From positions 10,144-74,143 of the forward strand of contig CACEBD010000002.1 in assembly GCA_902557775.1 (NCBI GenBank): a stretch of 64,000 nt of DNA. Reading direction: 5' to 3'. The stretch comes from an uncultured Pelagibacteraceae bacterium (lineage in GTDB: Bacteria; Pseudomonadota; Alphaproteobacteria; Pelagibacterales; Pelagibacteraceae). The notes under the pieces were generated by a model. The model worked only from the letters and a program-made list of their open reading frames with translations. It did not search any database and was not told where the DNA came from. The position numbers and the translations under genes are program-made. Below, in pieces: positions 49,998 to 61,366 of the stretch. The number at the start of each line of letters is the position of its first letter. Position 1 is the first letter of the stretch.

Positions 49998-50659
49998 ATA
50001 TTCAATATTTTTATTAATTTTTCAGCAGCATTCTGTTGTGCTTTTTTTTTGGAAGCCCCTTCACCAATTATCTTTTTAGACTCTGGAATTTCTACTTCAG
50101 TCTTAAATATAGGTTTATGTTGAGGGCCTGTTTTTTTAAAAAAAGTATATTTGGGTAATTTTTTAAATTTTTTTAAACTGTATTCTTGTAGTTTAGTTTT
50201 TGAGTCAATTAAAGTAATGACCGAATTAACAATAAAACTTTCCCACTGATTTAGTATAAATTTTTCTGATGATTTTATTCCGCCATCTAAGTATATCGCT
50301 CCAACTATTGCTTCGAGACTATCACTTACAACCTTGTCTCCAGATCTTTCAATATTTTTTTGTGAGGTACCTAAATAAAGATATTTTTTAAGATTCAACT
50401 TTCTTGCGATCTTAATACACGTTTTTTTGTTTACTAAATTTGCAAATTTTTTATCAATAATTCCCTCTTTTTCATTAGGATATTTTTCTAAAAGTTTTTT
50501 TGAAATAACTAAACCTAGGACTCTGTCTCCTAGAAATTCTAATTTTTCATTGTTGTTATCTGGATTAAAACTTTTGTGAGTTAATGCCTTATGAAGTAAA
50601 TCTTTATTCTTAAAATTATATTTTATTGAACTTTCTAGCTCTTTTATAGATTTGCTCAT
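49994..50659 (-). CDS. rnc: Ribonuclease III
   Basis: NEKLEFLGDRVL signature; dsRBD KTKLQE...AQQNAA. Confidence 0.97.
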   Translation of the reverse strand: MSKSIKELESSIKYNFKNKDLLHKALTHKSFNPDNNNEKLEFLGDRVLGLVISKKLLEKYPNEKEGIIDKKFANLVNKKTCIKIARKLNLKKYLYLGTSQKNIERSGDKVVSDSLEAIVGAIYLDGGIKSSEKFILNQWESFIVNSVITLIDSKTKLQEYSLKKFKKLPKYTFFKKTGPQHKPIFKTEVEIPESKKIIGEGASKKKAQQNAAEKLIKILNI

Positions 50660-51396
50660 TTTAAACTTTTAAATAACCTGTCTAGTCTAAAAGAATTATG
50701 TAAATTCCAAAATTTTAGTAAACTTCCTTTCTTTGTATCATTTGAAAAAAACACTATTTTTGCTTTTCCAACCAAGTTCAAATTATTAACATAACCAACC
50801 TCTTCAAGGAATCTGCTATCTTTTGAACAATCTCGGTTATCCCCCATTAAAAAATAATGATTTGCTGGAACAATATATTTTTTAGTATTTTGTAATGATC
50901 CAGCTTTATTATAAGTTGCTAAATGTTTTACTCCATTGGGCAAGGTTTCAGTATAAGCAATAGAGTCAAATGTAAAATTTCCACATCTTGTAGGTTCTAT
51001 AATCTTACTTTTTTCTCTTAATATTTTATTCCCATTAATAAAAATATCTCCATTAATAAATTGAATTTCATCTCCAGGTAGTCCGATTAATCTTTTTATA
51101 TAATCGGTTCTATTATCTGCTGGAGTTTTAAATACTACTAAATCACCTTGTTTTGGATTTTTTGACATAAAACGCTCATTAGAAAAATTTGGGCTAAAAG
51201 GAAAAGAATGTTTACTATATCCATATACATATTTAACTACGAAAATTCTATCGCCTACCAATAAAGTAGGCTCCATTGATGAAGAAGGTATATAAAAAGG
51301 TTGAACTATCAAGGACCTTATCAATATAGCTATAAATAATGCACCTAATAAAGTTTTTATATTTTCTACAATAATTTTGATAAAACTTTTTTTCAT
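50656..51396 (-). CDS. lepB: Signal peptidase I
   Basis: IPSSSMEPTL, YIKRLIGLPGD, MGDNRDCSKDSR. Confidence 0.97.
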   Translation of the reverse strand: MKKSFIKIIVENIKTLLGALFIAILIRSLIVQPFYIPSSSMEPTLLVGDRIFVVKYVYGYSKHSFPFSPNFSNERFMSKNPKQGDLVVFKTPADNRTDYIKRLIGLPGDEIQFINGDIFINGNKILREKSKIIEPTRCGNFTFDSIAYTETLPNGVKHLATYNKAGSLQNTKKYIVPANHYFLMGDNRDCSKDSRFLEEVGYVNNLNLVGKAKIVFFSNDTKKGSLLKFWNLHNSFRLDRLFKSLK

Positions 51397-51776
51397 ATTG
51401 AAATTGTTACAAAAGCAACTGCGTACTCATCCTCGTCAGTAAGCGACAATGAAATTTTATAATTTTTTTTCTTTAACTTTTTTTCAACATTTTTTTTGGT
51501 ATTTTCAATTAATTTAATAAAGGGTTTGCCATTTTTTTCATTTAGGACAACTATCTGATTAAGGTTAATTCCTTTTGAAATACCGGTACCTAATGCTTTC
51601 GAAAAAGCTTCTTTTGCAGCAAATCTTTTTGCAAAACAATTTGCCTGTTTTTTTATTCTTTTGCATTTTATAATTTCTTCTTTATTAAATAATTTTTCTA
51701 AATCATTCTTCCTTCTCAACAATTTTTGAATCCTATTAGTTTTTACTATATCAGTGCCAACACCAAATATTTTCAT
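51393..51776 (-). CDS. acpS: Holo-ACP synthase
   Basis: GVGTDIV, RFAAKEAFSKALGTG, GKP. Confidence 0.96.
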   Translation of the reverse strand: MKIFGVGTDIVKTNRIQKLLRRKNDLEKLFNKEEIIKCKRIKKQANCFAKRFAAKEAFSKALGTGISKGINLNQIVVLNEKNGKPFIKLIENTKKNVEKKLKKKNYKISLSLTDEDEYAVAFVTISI

Positions 51777-52498
51777 TACTTAACGATCTTTCTGAAATTT
51801 TTAATAGTTTTATTGAGACCTACAAAAATTGACTCTCCAATTAAAAAATGACCAATATTAAATTCTTTTATGCCTGAGATTTTTGCTAATATTTTAGCAG
51901 ATTTATAAGTAAGGCCATGACCCGCGTGAACTTCCAAACCTAACTTATTTCCTAAAGTTACAGCTGTTTTTATTTTTTTTAATTCATTTTTATAATTTTT
52001 ATTTTTGTTAACTAAATTACAGAATTTTCCAGTATGTATTTCAACACAATCAGCATTTAAATTTTTTGACTCTTTAATATCATTTAAATTAGGTTCTACA
52101 AAAAGACTAATTCTTGATTTATTCTTCTTTAATTGATTTATAATCTTTTTTAGAAAATTTTTTTTAAAATTTAAATTAAGCCCCCCCTCTGTTGTAATTT
52201 CTTGTCTTTTTTCGGGAACTATACATATAAATGGTGGTTTTCTTTTTAAAGCTATTTTTAACATTTCATTAGTAGCTGCAATTTCAAGATTAAATGGAAT
52301 TTTAAGTTTAGATTTTATTTCTTTTAAATCGGAGTCATTAATGTGCCTTCTATCCTCTCTTAGATGAATGGTTACAGAGTCAGCTCCACTTTTTTGCGCA
52401 AATAAGGCTGCTCTTAATGGGCTTGGATAGTTTTCTCCTCTTGCGTTTCTTACTGTTGCCACATGGTCTATATTGACACCAAGTCTTATTTTACTCAT
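51776..52498 (-). CDS. pdxJ: Pyridoxine 5'-phosphate synthase
   Basis: LGVNIDHVAT, HLREDRRHI, HAGHGL, NIGH. Confidence 0.97.
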   Translation of the reverse strand: MSKIRLGVNIDHVATVRNARGENYPSPLRAALFAQKSGADSVTIHLREDRRHINDSDLKEIKSKLKIPFNLEIAATNEMLKIALKRKPPFICIVPEKRQEITTEGGLNLNFKKNFLKKIINQLKKNKSRISLFVEPNLNDIKESKNLNADCVEIHTGKFCNLVNKNKNYKNELKKIKTAVTLGNKLGLEVHAGHGLTYKSAKILAKISGIKEFNIGHFLIGESIFVGLNKTIKNFRKIVK

Positions 52499-53079
52499 TA
52501 AAGATTTCTACTTCCAGGTTTTACAGCTTTAAGAGTTAATAAATTTTCTGGTAAATTTTTTTCTGTATAAGTAGGAATATCTATCTTTACCTGTGATACT
52601 ATTTTTTCTTTAATTGCTGATTTTCCATTAGATCTATCTATTAAACAAGCGTATCCAACAATAATTGCATTATTATCTTCCACAATTTTAGAACATTCTA
52701 AGCTTGATTTTCCAGTAGTTATTACATCTTCGATTATTAAAACTTTTTGATTTTTACTTATTGTAAAATCTCTTCGCAGTTTAAATTCACCATTAACTCT
52801 TTCAGAAAAAATAGTTTCTTTATTTAATATTCTTCCAATTTCATAGCCTACAATCATACCTCCCATAGCAGGTGATAAAATAAGATCAAATTCTTTGAAT
52901 TCTTTATTTATCTTTTTGGAGAGAGAGGAGCATATTTTAAATGCTTCACTTGGTTTGCTCATCAATTGAGCGCATTGAACATATTGAGGGCTATGTAATC
53001 CAGATGACAATATAAAATGTCCTTCTAAGAGAGCGTTAGTTTCTTTTAAAATTTTCAAAGATTCTTCTAATGAAAGCAT
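52498..53079 (-). CDS. pyrE: Orotate phosphoribosyltransferase
   Basis: GHFILSSGLHS, IIEDVITTGKS, KPGSR. Confidence 0.95.
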   Translation of the reverse strand: MLSLEESLKILKETNALLEGHFILSSGLHSPQYVQCAQLMSKPSEAFKICSSLSKKINKEFKEFDLILSPAMGGMIVGYEIGRILNKETIFSERVNGEFKLRRDFTISKNQKVLIIEDVITTGKSSLECSKIVEDNNAIIVGYACLIDRSNGKSAIKEKIVSQVKIDIPTYTEKNLPENLLTLKAVKPGSRNL

Positions 53080-54784
53080 TTTTTTTCTGTTTATGTCGAA
53101 TAATTTTAAATTTTAAATTACTTTGCTTTATTTGACTTATCAAGTTTGTAAAGTTTTTCAAATCTTTAATTTGCAAGTCAAAAGAAAAAGTAAGATGTTC
53201 CTTTGATCTTTTAATAATTTCTAAATTCACTATATTTCCTTTATTAAGTCCAATAAGCGAGGTTATATGACCTAATACTCCAGGTTTATGAGGTAAATCA
53301 ACTTCAATTGTGCTTGAATAATTTTTTTCAATAACATTTAGGCTCTCTGTAGATCTATCTTGCCAGAATCTTCGAATGGCAGAACGAGCTTTTCCAGTTT
53401 TAGAGGATGAAAGCCAATGTAAAGATGGAGTTGCATTTTTAGAAGTTTCGATTTTCACTAAATCTCCATTTTTCAAAATTGTTTGTAATGTAGAGTGACT
53501 TCCATTTACAGAGCAACCTACGGCACTATTTCCAATTTTCGTATGAACTGCATACGCAAAATCAATAGGAGTCGCTTGTTTAGGTAATTTTATAACAGCT
53601 CCTTTGGGAGTAAAACAAAATACATTTTCTTGAAACATTTGTAATTTTGTAAATTCATAATAATGTTCAGGACTAGTACCTGCCTCAATAATTTCAACTA
53701 AATCTCTTAACCAGTCGTATTCTTTCCATGATAATTCTGAAAACTTTTCTGAGGATTTATATTTCCAATGAGAAGCTATACCCCTTTGGGCAAACTCATG
53801 CATTTCATGTGTTCTAATTTGTATCTCTATTCTATTTTTTTTAGGACCAATCACAGCTGTGTGAATTGATTTATATTTATTGATCTTAGGTGTTGATATA
53901 TAGTCTTTAAACTTGCCTGGTATAGTTGAAAATCTACTATGAAAGATACCTAAAGTTTTGTAGCAATCTTCCACTGTGTTTACTATTACCCGAAAGCCTA
54001 TAATATCAGTAAGTTGTTCAAGAGATATTTTTTTATTTTGAATTTTTCGCCAAATTGAAAATGGCGTTTTTTCTCGCCCTGTTATAGTGGCAGTTATTCC
54101 ATTTTGATTTAGTATTTCAATTAATTCTTTAGAAATCGTTTTGAATGTATCATCAGTATTATTTTTAATAAAATTTAATCTTTCTAAAATTAAATCTCTT
54201 GCTGGTTTGTTAAGGACTGAAAAGGACAAATCCTCTAACTCGTCTCTAATTCTATTCATCCCCATCCTATCTGCTAATGGGGCGTAAATTTCCATAGTTT
54301 CTTTTGCTTTTCTAATTATTTTATCTTTATCTTTTACAAATTGAATTGTCCTCATATTGTGTAATCTGTCGGCAAGTTTGACTAATAAAACTCTTATATC
54401 CTTAGATGTTGCTAAGATTAATTTTCTAAAATTTTCAGCTTTAGATTCTGTAGAAGCTTTATCCTCTAAAGCAGAAATTTTAGTTACACCATCAACTAAA
54501 TTAGCAACTTCTTCACCAAATTCTTTTTTAACAGTTGCATAGGTTACGTTAGTATCCTCTATCGTGTCATGAAGAAGTCCAGTTGTAATTGTTGCGCTAT
54601 CTAATTTTAGTTCTGTTAAAATCTTTGCTACTGCAACTGGATGAATAATATATGGGACCCCCTCTTCCCTTTTTTGATTTTGATGAGCCTCTAAAGCAAA
54701 GTCATATGCCTTACTTAATGACTCTGAATTTAAAAATTTATTGTAAGATTTAATCTGATTAATTAATTCATTATTGTTAATCAT
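53036..54784 (-). CDS. spoT: Bifunctional (p)ppGpp synthetase/hydrolase, shortened
   Basis: PYIIHP, LLHDTIEDT (HD), EIQIRT (synthetase), FTPKG (TGS), C-terminal ACT. Confidence 0.95.
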   Translation of the reverse strand: MINNNELINQIKSYNKFLNSESLSKAYDFALEAHQNQKREEGVPYIIHPVAVAKILTELKLDSATITTGLLHDTIEDTNVTYATVKKEFGEEVANLVDGVTKISALEDKASTESKAENFRKLILATSKDIRVLLVKLADRLHNMRTIQFVKDKDKIIRKAKETMEIYAPLADRMGMNRIRDELEDLSFSVLNKPARDLILERLNFIKNNTDDTFKTISKELIEILNQNGITATITGREKTPFSIWRKIQNKKISLEQLTDIIGFRVIVNTVEDCYKTLGIFHSRFSTIPGKFKDYISTPKINKYKSIHTAVIGPKKNRIEIQIRTHEMHEFAQRGIASHWKYKSSEKFSELSWKEYDWLRDLVEIIEAGTSPEHYYEFTKLQMFQENVFCFTPKGAVIKLPKQATPIDFAYAVHTKIGNSAVGCSVNGSHSTLQTILKNGDLVKIETSKNATPSLHWLSSSKTGKARSAIRRFWQDRSTESLNVIEKNYSSTIEVDLPHKPGVLGHITSLIGLNKGNIVNLEIIKRSKEHLTFSFDLQIKDLKNFTNLISQIKQSNLKFKIIRHKQKKNAFIRRIFENFKRN

Positions 54785-55295
54785 GCTTTATTTTAACATT
54801 TTTATTTAATCTTGTAATCTCTATCCGAGATTTTTGGCTTAAATTATTTATGAAAAATTGGGCATTTTTCTTTAAAATTGGATGTGACCATTTAGGATCA
54901 ATTTCTAAAATCGGATATAAAACAAAATTTCTTAAATGTGCTCTCGGATGTGGCAAAACAAGATCTTTTGAGTTTTTTATTAAACCATTAAAATCAATTA
55001 TATCAATATCGACTACTCTAGGATCGTTTTTCTTCGTTTTATTCCTACCAATTTTTTTTTGGATTAAATTTATATCTTTAAATAATCTTAAAAGATTTAA
55101 GTTTTTATTTACTAAAATTCCAATATTGAGAAATTTTGGTAGTTTCTGATTTGGATAAGAGGGAGTTTCATAAAAATTAGAAATTTTTTCAATTTGAATT
55201 TTCGATTCAATTAATAACTGAATTGCAATTGAAATATTTTCAAATCTAGAACCATAAATAGAGTTCAGATTTGATCCAATATTAAGGTGTATCAT
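54777..55295 (-). CDS. folK: 2-amino-4-hydroxy-6-hydroxymethyldihydropteridine diphosphokinase
   Basis: [28 protein letters not shown]. Confidence 0.96.
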   Translation of the reverse strand: MIHLNIGSNLNSIYGSRFENISIAIQLLIESKIQIEKISNFYETPSYPNQKLPKFLNIGILVNKNLNLLRLFKDINLIQKKIGRNKTKKNDPRVVDIDIIDFNGLIKNSKDLVLPHPRAHLRNFVLYPILEIDPKWSHPILKKNAQFFINNLSQKSRIEITRLNKNVKIKHD

Positions 55296-55765
55296 TTATT
55301 ATTTCTACTTAACAATCTTGCTCTTTCTCTATTCCAATCTCTCTTTTTCTTTACTTGTCTTTTATCATAAAGTTTTTTTCCTTTTGCAACAGCGATTTCA
55401 ATTTTAACTTTTCCTTTAAAGAAATACATCTTAGTTGGAATAATAGTCAACCCTTCCTGATTTATTCTTCCAATCAACTTATTAATTTCTCGTTTTTTTA
55501 AAAGAAGTTTTCTTTCACCTTTAGGATTATGATTGTTATACGATGATTGTCTGTAAAGTGGGATATGAGAATTAATCAAAAATAATTCTCCGTTGTTATC
55601 TAAAGCATATGAGTCTGCAATGCTTCCTTTTCCTTCTCTTAGCGATTTGACTTCTGATCCTTTTAAGGAAATACCTGCCTCTAAAGTTTCTAAAAAAAAA
55701 TAATTAAAACTAGCTTTTCTATTTAAACAAATTATTTTTCTTCCGGGTGCTATATTTTGTTTCAT
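55292..55765 (-). CDS. smpB: SsrA-binding protein
   Basis: [30 protein letters not shown]. Confidence 0.97.
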   Translation of the reverse strand: MKQNIAPGRKIICLNRKASFNYFFLETLEAGISLKGSEVKSLREGKGSIADSYALDNNGELFLINSHIPLYRQSSYNNHNPKGERKLLLKKREINKLIGRINQEGLTIIPTKMYFFKGKVKIEIAVAKGKKLYDKRQVKKKRDWNRERARLLSRNNK

Positions 55766-56634
55766 TAAAGTAATTTAGCTACTTTAAGTGCTTCTGAAAC
55801 TTTCTTTTTTGTTTCTTCTCTAATTTCAACTAATGGTAATCTTACAGATGGATTACACATACCTAATAATGATGCTGCATATTTCACTGGTGATGGATTG
55901 CTTTCAATGAATAACGCTGTATGTAAAGGCTGTAAGAGCTTATCTAACGTTTCTGCTTCTTCATTTTTATGCTCACAAGCTTTTTGAAAATCAGAAGAAA
56001 TTTTTGCAGCTATATTTGCTGTGACTCCGATAGCTCCCACTCCGCCTCTTTTATTAAACTCTAGAGCATTATCGTCATTTCCAGTTAGCTGAATAAAATT
56101 TTTTCCCATTGCTTTTAACTGCTGATCTACTCTATTTAAGTCACCAGTTGCATCTTTTACACCGGTTATATTTTTTAGTTCATATAGTTTGCTCATGGTT
56201 TCAACTGACATATCTATTACTGATCTTGACGGAATGTTATAAATTATAATTGGTATTCCAACACTATCATTTATCTTTTTATAATGTTGGTACAAGCCCT
56301 CTTGAGTTGGTTTATTATAATATGGTGTAACAACTAATAATGCATCTGAACCAGCTTTTTCTGCGTATTGAGACAGTTCAACAGCTTCATCCGTTGAATT
56401 AGATCCTGTGCCAGCTATCACAGGTATTTTTCCGCTACATTCTTTAACCGCTATCTCTATAATTTTTTTGTGTTCACTATGAGATAAAGTGGGAGATTCT
56501 CCAGTGGTGCCACCGGGGACTATACCATTAGTGCCGTTATTTAAATGATAATCAATTAAACTTCTATATGTGTTTTCATCAAGATTATCATCTTTAAATG
56601 GGGTTATTAATGCAACAATTGATCCTTTAAGCAT
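55765..56634 (-). CDS. dapA: 4-hydroxy-tetrahydrodipicolinate synthase
   Basis: GTTGES, PYYNKP, YNIPSR, GVKDATG. Confidence 0.97.
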   Translation of the reverse strand: MLKGSIVALITPFKDDNLDENTYRSLIDYHLNNGTNGIVPGGTTGESPTLSHSEHKKIIEIAVKECSGKIPVIAGTGSNSTDEAVELSQYAEKAGSDALLVVTPYYNKPTQEGLYQHYKKINDSVGIPIIIYNIPSRSVIDMSVETMSKLYELKNITGVKDATGDLNRVDQQLKAMGKNFIQLTGNDDNALEFNKRGGVGAIGVTANIAAKISSDFQKACEHKNEEAETLDKLLQPLHTALFIESNPSPVKYAASLLGMCNPSVRLPLVEIREETKKKVSEALKVAKLL

Positions 56635-56665
56635 AAAACAATATAAGGTAGATATTCTTAAACTT

Positions 56666-58918
56666 ATGCTTAATAGATTAATTAGTCTAGTATTTTTATT
56701 ATCATTTTTGAAAATTAGTATCGTTTATTCAGAGACAGATTTCTTATTACCGCAAAAAAAACCATCAATTTTTAAAAAATCAGAAAAACAGATCCAAGAA
56801 AGTATTAATAAAAATCTACCCGCGCCAAAGCCATTATTAGAAAAAAAAGGTGCTACTAAACCAGCCGTAGTTGAGCAAAAAGAGGAGCCTGCTAAAAAAA
56901 AAGAAATAAAAAAAGAACTTAAAGAATCAAAAACACAAGTATCATCTACATTTGTGTACCCTAGAAAAAAACCAATTACATATAAAGTTTCATCAAAAGA
57001 AGTAAAAAGTTCAAAAGTTCTTAATAAAAAAGATTTTGAGAAAGCAAAAGAAACAATTGATTTTATTAAACAAAAAAAATGGAATAGTGCTTTAAAAAGT
57101 GCCCAAAAGGTAAAAGATAGTGAGTTCAGAAAATTAATTACATGGATGCATCTTAAAACCACTAGAAATGGAGCATCATTTAATGAATATAAAAAATTTA
57201 TAGAACAAAATGATTATTATCCAAGAATTAACAGAATAAGGTATTTAGCAGAAGAAAAAATTTATTTAAGAAATAATTCACCTACATCAATAATTAATTG
57301 GTTTGAAAAATATCCTCCTTTAGGTGGTTTAGGTAAAATTAAATTAGCTGAGGCCTATCTAGAACAAGGAAAACTAGAAAAAGTTAAAGAATTAGTCAAA
57401 GAAGGATGGATCACTGCGGAGATAAGAAAAAATGATTTGGGTTATTACAGAGCTAAATTTAAAAAATTTATCTCATCAGATGATCATGTAAAGAGAGCTG
57501 ATCATTTAGCATGGGAAAGGAAATATTGGGACCTAAAAAGAATGCTTAAATATTTGCCTACAGATCAAAGAGCTCTTTATAATGCAAGACAAATATTAAT
57601 GAGTAACTCTTACGGCGTAGATAATGCAATAGCAAAGGTGCCTCAATATTTAAAAAAAGATCCTGGTTTAGAGTTTGATAGATTGAGATGGAGAAACCGA
57701 AGAGGACGATTAGACGGATCTTTAGAAATTTTATATCAAAACGCGAATAAGACTGAGAGACAGATGGTTAGACCGGATAAATGGTGGGAACAGAGAGAGA
57801 GTGTTACAAGAAGTCTAATTTACAAAAAAAGATATAAGACAGCATATAAAGTAGCTAGCGAACACTCCCTATCATCTGGTCCGTCCTTTGCAGAGGCTGA
57901 ATGGCTATCAGGTTGGATAGCTCTAACTTTTTTAAAATCTCCTGAGTATGCAATTAATCATTTTCAAAATTTTTACAATAATGTCGGCTATCCGATAAGC
58001 TTAGCTAGAGGAGCATATTGGTTAGGAGAATCATATGAAAAATTAAATGAAAAGGAAACTGCTAATAAATTTTTTTCAGAGGCAGCTAAATTTCCAATGA
58101 CTTATTATGGACAACTTGCTTTCAATAAGGTTAATCCTGGTGGGAATTTTGAATTAAAAGACGAAAGTAATTTTGATAAGGATTATGAAAAAGAGTTTAA
58201 AAAAAATAAACTTATTAAACATGTTATTCTATTGCATGAACTTGATGCAAGCCAATATGCTAAAGATATTCTTAAACATTTGGCTGAACTTAATATTGAG
58301 AAAGGTAGTGAAGTTTTAGCAGCGGAGTTATCTACATCTGTTGAAAGATACGATTTTGCAATTCAAATATCAAAAAAAGCATCCTATGAAAAAAGATTTT
58401 TAAATAAATATAATTATCCAGTTATTGCCACTCCGAAAATTGTAAATAATAAACAAATGCCTAAACAAGAAATTGTTCTTGCAATAATTAGACAAGAAAG
58501 TGAATTTGATAGGAAAGCAAATAGTTGGGCTGGAGCTAGAGGTATGATGCAGTTAATGAAATACACTGCTAAGATCGTAGCTAAACAAGCAAAACTACCT
58601 TACAGTATTAGTCGACTAACAGCAGATCCAGAATACAACATTAAGCTTGGTTCATATTATTTTAATGGATTACTTAATGATTATAATGGCGTTTTTCCGT
58701 TTGCTATTGCCGCTTACAATGCGGGTCCAAATAGAGTAAAAACTTGGAGGAGAGTAAATGGAGATCCTTCTAAAGGTCAAATTTCTTATATTAATTGGAT
58801 TGAACAAATTAGATTTGAAGAAACTAGAAATTACGTTCAACGAGTTTTAGAAAACATTAATGTTTACAAGTATATTTTAAGAAAAGAACCAGTACAAATA
58901 GATAGTTATTTTAACTAA
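56666..58918 (+). CDS. slt: Soluble lytic murein transglycosylase (Slt-like)
   Basis: RQESEF, GARGMMQLM, AYNAG, ETRNYV; start corrected to ATG 56666. Confidence 0.92.
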   Translation: MLNRLISLVFLLSFLKISIVYSETDFLLPQKKPSIFKKSEKQIQESINKNLPAPKPLLEKKGATKPAVVEQKEEPAKKKEIKKELKESKTQVSSTFVYPRKKPITYKVSSKEVKSSKVLNKKDFEKAKETIDFIKQKKWNSALKSAQKVKDSEFRKLITWMHLKTTRNGASFNEYKKFIEQNDYYPRINRIRYLAEEKIYLRNNSPTSIINWFEKYPPLGGLGKIKLAEAYLEQGKLEKVKELVKEGWITAEIRKNDLGYYRAKFKKFISSDDHVKRADHLAWERKYWDLKRMLKYLPTDQRALYNARQILMSNSYGVDNAIAKVPQYLKKDPGLEFDRLRWRNRRGRLDGSLEILYQNANKTERQMVRPDKWWEQRESVTRSLIYKKRYKTAYKVASEHSLSSGPSFAEAEWLSGWIALTFLKSPEYAINHFQNFYNNVGYPISLARGAYWLGESYEKLNEKETANKFFSEAAKFPMTYYGQLAFNKVNPGGNFELKDESNFDKDYEKEFKKNKLIKHVILLHELDASQYAKDILKHLAELNIEKGSEVLAAELSTSVERYDFAIQISKKASYEKRFLNKYNYPVIATPKIVNNKQMPKQEIVLAIIRQESEFDRKANSWAGARGMMQLMKYTAKIVAKQAKLPYSISRLTADPEYNIKLGSYYFNGLLNDYNGVFPFAIAAYNAGPNRVKTWRRVNGDPSKGQISYINWIEQIRFEETRNYVQRVLENINVYKYILRKEPVQIDSYFN

Positions 58919-58919
58919 T

Positions 58920-59014
58920 TGGCGGTGAGAGAGGGATTCGAACCCTCGGTAGCATAGTTAAATACTACGGAAGTTTAGCAAACTCCTGGTTTAAACCAAC
59001 TCACCCATCTCACC
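58920..59014 (-). tRNA. tRNA-Ser(GCT)
   Basis: Acceptor GGTGAGA/TCTCACC, anticodon loop TTGCTAA, long variable arm, GGTTCGAATCC, CCA. Confidence 0.96.
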
Positions 59015-59069
59015 ACAAGCTTTACGTATCTTTATAAAGAAAATTAACTTATATTGCACCAAATTTGTA

Positions 59070-59942
59070 ATGCAACAAAAACAATTATCAGGAATTTTTT
59101 ATGCTGCTTTTGCATCTCTTTGGTGGGGTGTTGTAGGTACTATTTTTTTCAAATTTGTATCTTTTGCTTCATTTATTGAATTAACTGTTCACAGAACAAT
59201 TTGGACAGCAGTTTTATTAATTCTGACAACAAGTTTTTATAAAAAGTGGCCAGAATTTAATCAAATTTTTAAAAAGAGAAAAAATCAATTATTGCTTTTT
59301 TTATCGGGTTTATTGGTAAGTATAAATTGGGGAACTTGGCTTTATGCCGTCAGTGTGAATAAATTATTAGACTCAAGTTTAGGATATTATATCTACCCAA
59401 TAATTAGTGTATTTTTAGGAAGAGTATTTTTAAAAGAAAAACTAAATAGAAATCAATTTATTGCAGTAATATTAGTAGTAATTTCTTTATTTTACTTTTT
59501 ATTAAAACTTGGTGAATTACCTTGGATTGGTCTTACTGTTGCAATAACTTTTAGTATTTATGGATTAATAAGAAAAAAAATTAAAGTTTCATCAGATATA
59601 GGTCTGTTGATAGAAACATTGCTAATATCTCCTTTAGCAATTGCATTATTTATTTATTTAATAAATTTAAACTTAAATGTTTTTTCTTATAAAGAACCTC
59701 TTTTATCTTTTTATTTATTTTGGTCTGGATTTATGACTTTGGTGCCTCTCTTTTTATATACTTTAGGTTTTAAAATAATTGGAATCGGTCCAGCAAGTAT
59801 GATTTTGTTTTTAACTCCAACATCACAATTTCTTTTAGGAATAACTTATTTTGATGAGATTCTTACCTTAGAAAAGTTTTTTGGTTTCTTAATAATTTGG
59901 ATAGCTGTGTCTATCTATCTTAATGAATTACGTAAAGAGTGA
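59070..59942 (+). CDS. rarD: EamA family transporter RarD
   Basis: WWG...HRTIW, NWG...SSLGYYIYP, YGLIRKK motifs. Confidence 0.88.
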   Translation: MQQKQLSGIFYAAFASLWWGVVGTIFFKFVSFASFIELTVHRTIWTAVLLILTTSFYKKWPEFNQIFKKRKNQLLLFLSGLLVSINWGTWLYAVSVNKLLDSSLGYYIYPIISVFLGRVFLKEKLNRNQFIAVILVVISLFYFLLKLGELPWIGLTVAITFSIYGLIRKKIKVSSDIGLLIETLLISPLAIALFIYLINLNLNVFSYKEPLLSFYLFWSGFMTLVPLFLYTLGFKIIGIGPASMILFLTPTSQFLLGITYFDEILTLEKFFGFLIIWIAVSIYLNELRKE

Positions 59943-61366
59943 GTTGTGATTATTACAAGTGGTACAATTATAGCTACAAAAAATGAAATAAATAGTAAGT
60001 TTGATATGACAATTGGACTAAAATTTTCTATAGACATAATATTACCTACTAAAAGACTTGTTTGAAAATTTTGACTTGGGAAAAATAATAAACCTGAACT
60101 TAAACCAAGAATAATTGATACTAAAGACAATCTTGTATTAATTTTTTTCTTAAAAAATCCATAGAATATTGTTACAACTGCTGCACAGCATAGAAGATCT
60201 GCAAATAAGAATAAATATAAGATGCTGTAGCCTTTAGAAGCAAAAATAAAAACAATCACACATAATAATAAAATTAATTTATTGGATTTATCTTTTATTT
60301 CTCTACCACTTAAAAATTTATTTAGTTCTTTTCCATCAATAATTATTAGGCTTGAAATAGCGTTTATTAATGTATCAATTGTACTTAATGTTAAAGCTAG
60401 GGCTAAAATTAAAATAGATACAATTATTAAAACATTATCATCAGATAACATTATTTTAAAAAAAGCTAAATCAGGTTTTATTTTAGGATCAAGTGAAAAA
60501 GATATCAGACCTGTGTAGCCCATCCAAAAAACAATCAAAAAAGATATAATTGATGAATAGATTAAACTTTTTTTTAAAATAAAGTTATTTTTTGCAGCAA
60601 AGACACGTTGCCAATTACCCTGGTGAAATAAGTTTGTTGCTGCTACAGCAATAAAAAATGTCAGTCCAGCAGTGTAATTTGGAATATAATTTTTACTTAC
60701 AAGTTTTGCAGAATTTTTTTTAATCAGTTCATAACTATTTATTTCTAAATTTCCTAAAATTAAAAATATAGAAAATAATATTATGCTTAAAATTATTATA
60801 AATTGATATTTATCTGTAATAATCGAAAGTTTAAATCCACCTCTTAATATATATAAAAGACATATGATTAAAGTTAGTCCAGATGTTATCCATAAAGGTG
60901 TTTTTGAGATTAAATTTATTAAAAAAGCTATTGCTGTGACTTCTGCTATCAAAAAAATTGTCAAATAAAATAAAATTAAGATTAGCATTATCTTTAAAAT
61001 TCCAGTCCCAAATCTTCTTTTAATAAACTCAGTTAAAGACATCCCGTTAGGAAACTCTCTCCTTATTTTTGGTCCGAAATTTAGTAAAAATAGCATAGGT
61101 GCAGCTGTACCTAACGCATATCCAATTACTGCCCCTATTCCCCCCCAAGTTGCTGCTGAAGCTGGTCCGAATAATATCCAAGCTCCCAAGGCAGATGCAG
61201 ATAAACTCGTTGTTAATGAAAAAATACTCTCTTTTCTGTCACCAATTATGAGGCTTTTGTTATCTGAAATTTTTTTTAAATTTATATAACCTAAGGCGAT
61301 AAAAAAAGCGCCTACCACTAGAGTAATAATTAGCGTTGTTTGTGTTGATAGGTATATATCTTTCAT
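59915..61366 (-). CDS. Sodium:solute symporter, ThiV-like (putative thiamine-precursor/HMP transporter)
   Basis: SSS motifs (SALGAWILFGP, QGNWQRVFAA, STIDT), about 13 TMs; preceded by a TPP-like riboswitch. Confidence 0.82.
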   Translation of the reverse strand: MKDIYLSTQTTLIITLVVGAFFIALGYINLKKISDNKSLIIGDRKESIFSLTTSLSASALGAWILFGPASAATWGGIGAVIGYALGTAAPMLFLLNFGPKIRREFPNGMSLTEFIKRRFGTGILKIMLILILFYLTIFLIAEVTAIAFLINLISKTPLWITSGLTLIICLLYILRGGFKLSIITDKYQFIIILSIILFSIFLILGNLEINSYELIKKNSAKLVSKNYIPNYTAGLTFFIAVAATNLFHQGNWQRVFAAKNNFILKKSLIYSSIISFLIVFWMGYTGLISFSLDPKIKPDLAFFKIMLSDDNVLIIVSILILALALTLSTIDTLINAISSLIIIDGKELNKFLSGREIKDKSNKLILLLCVIVFIFASKGYSILYLFLFADLLCCAAVVTIFYGFFKKKINTRLSLVSIILGLSSGLLFFPSQNFQTSLLVGNIMSIENFSPIVISNLLFISFFVAIIVPLVIITTHSLRNSLR

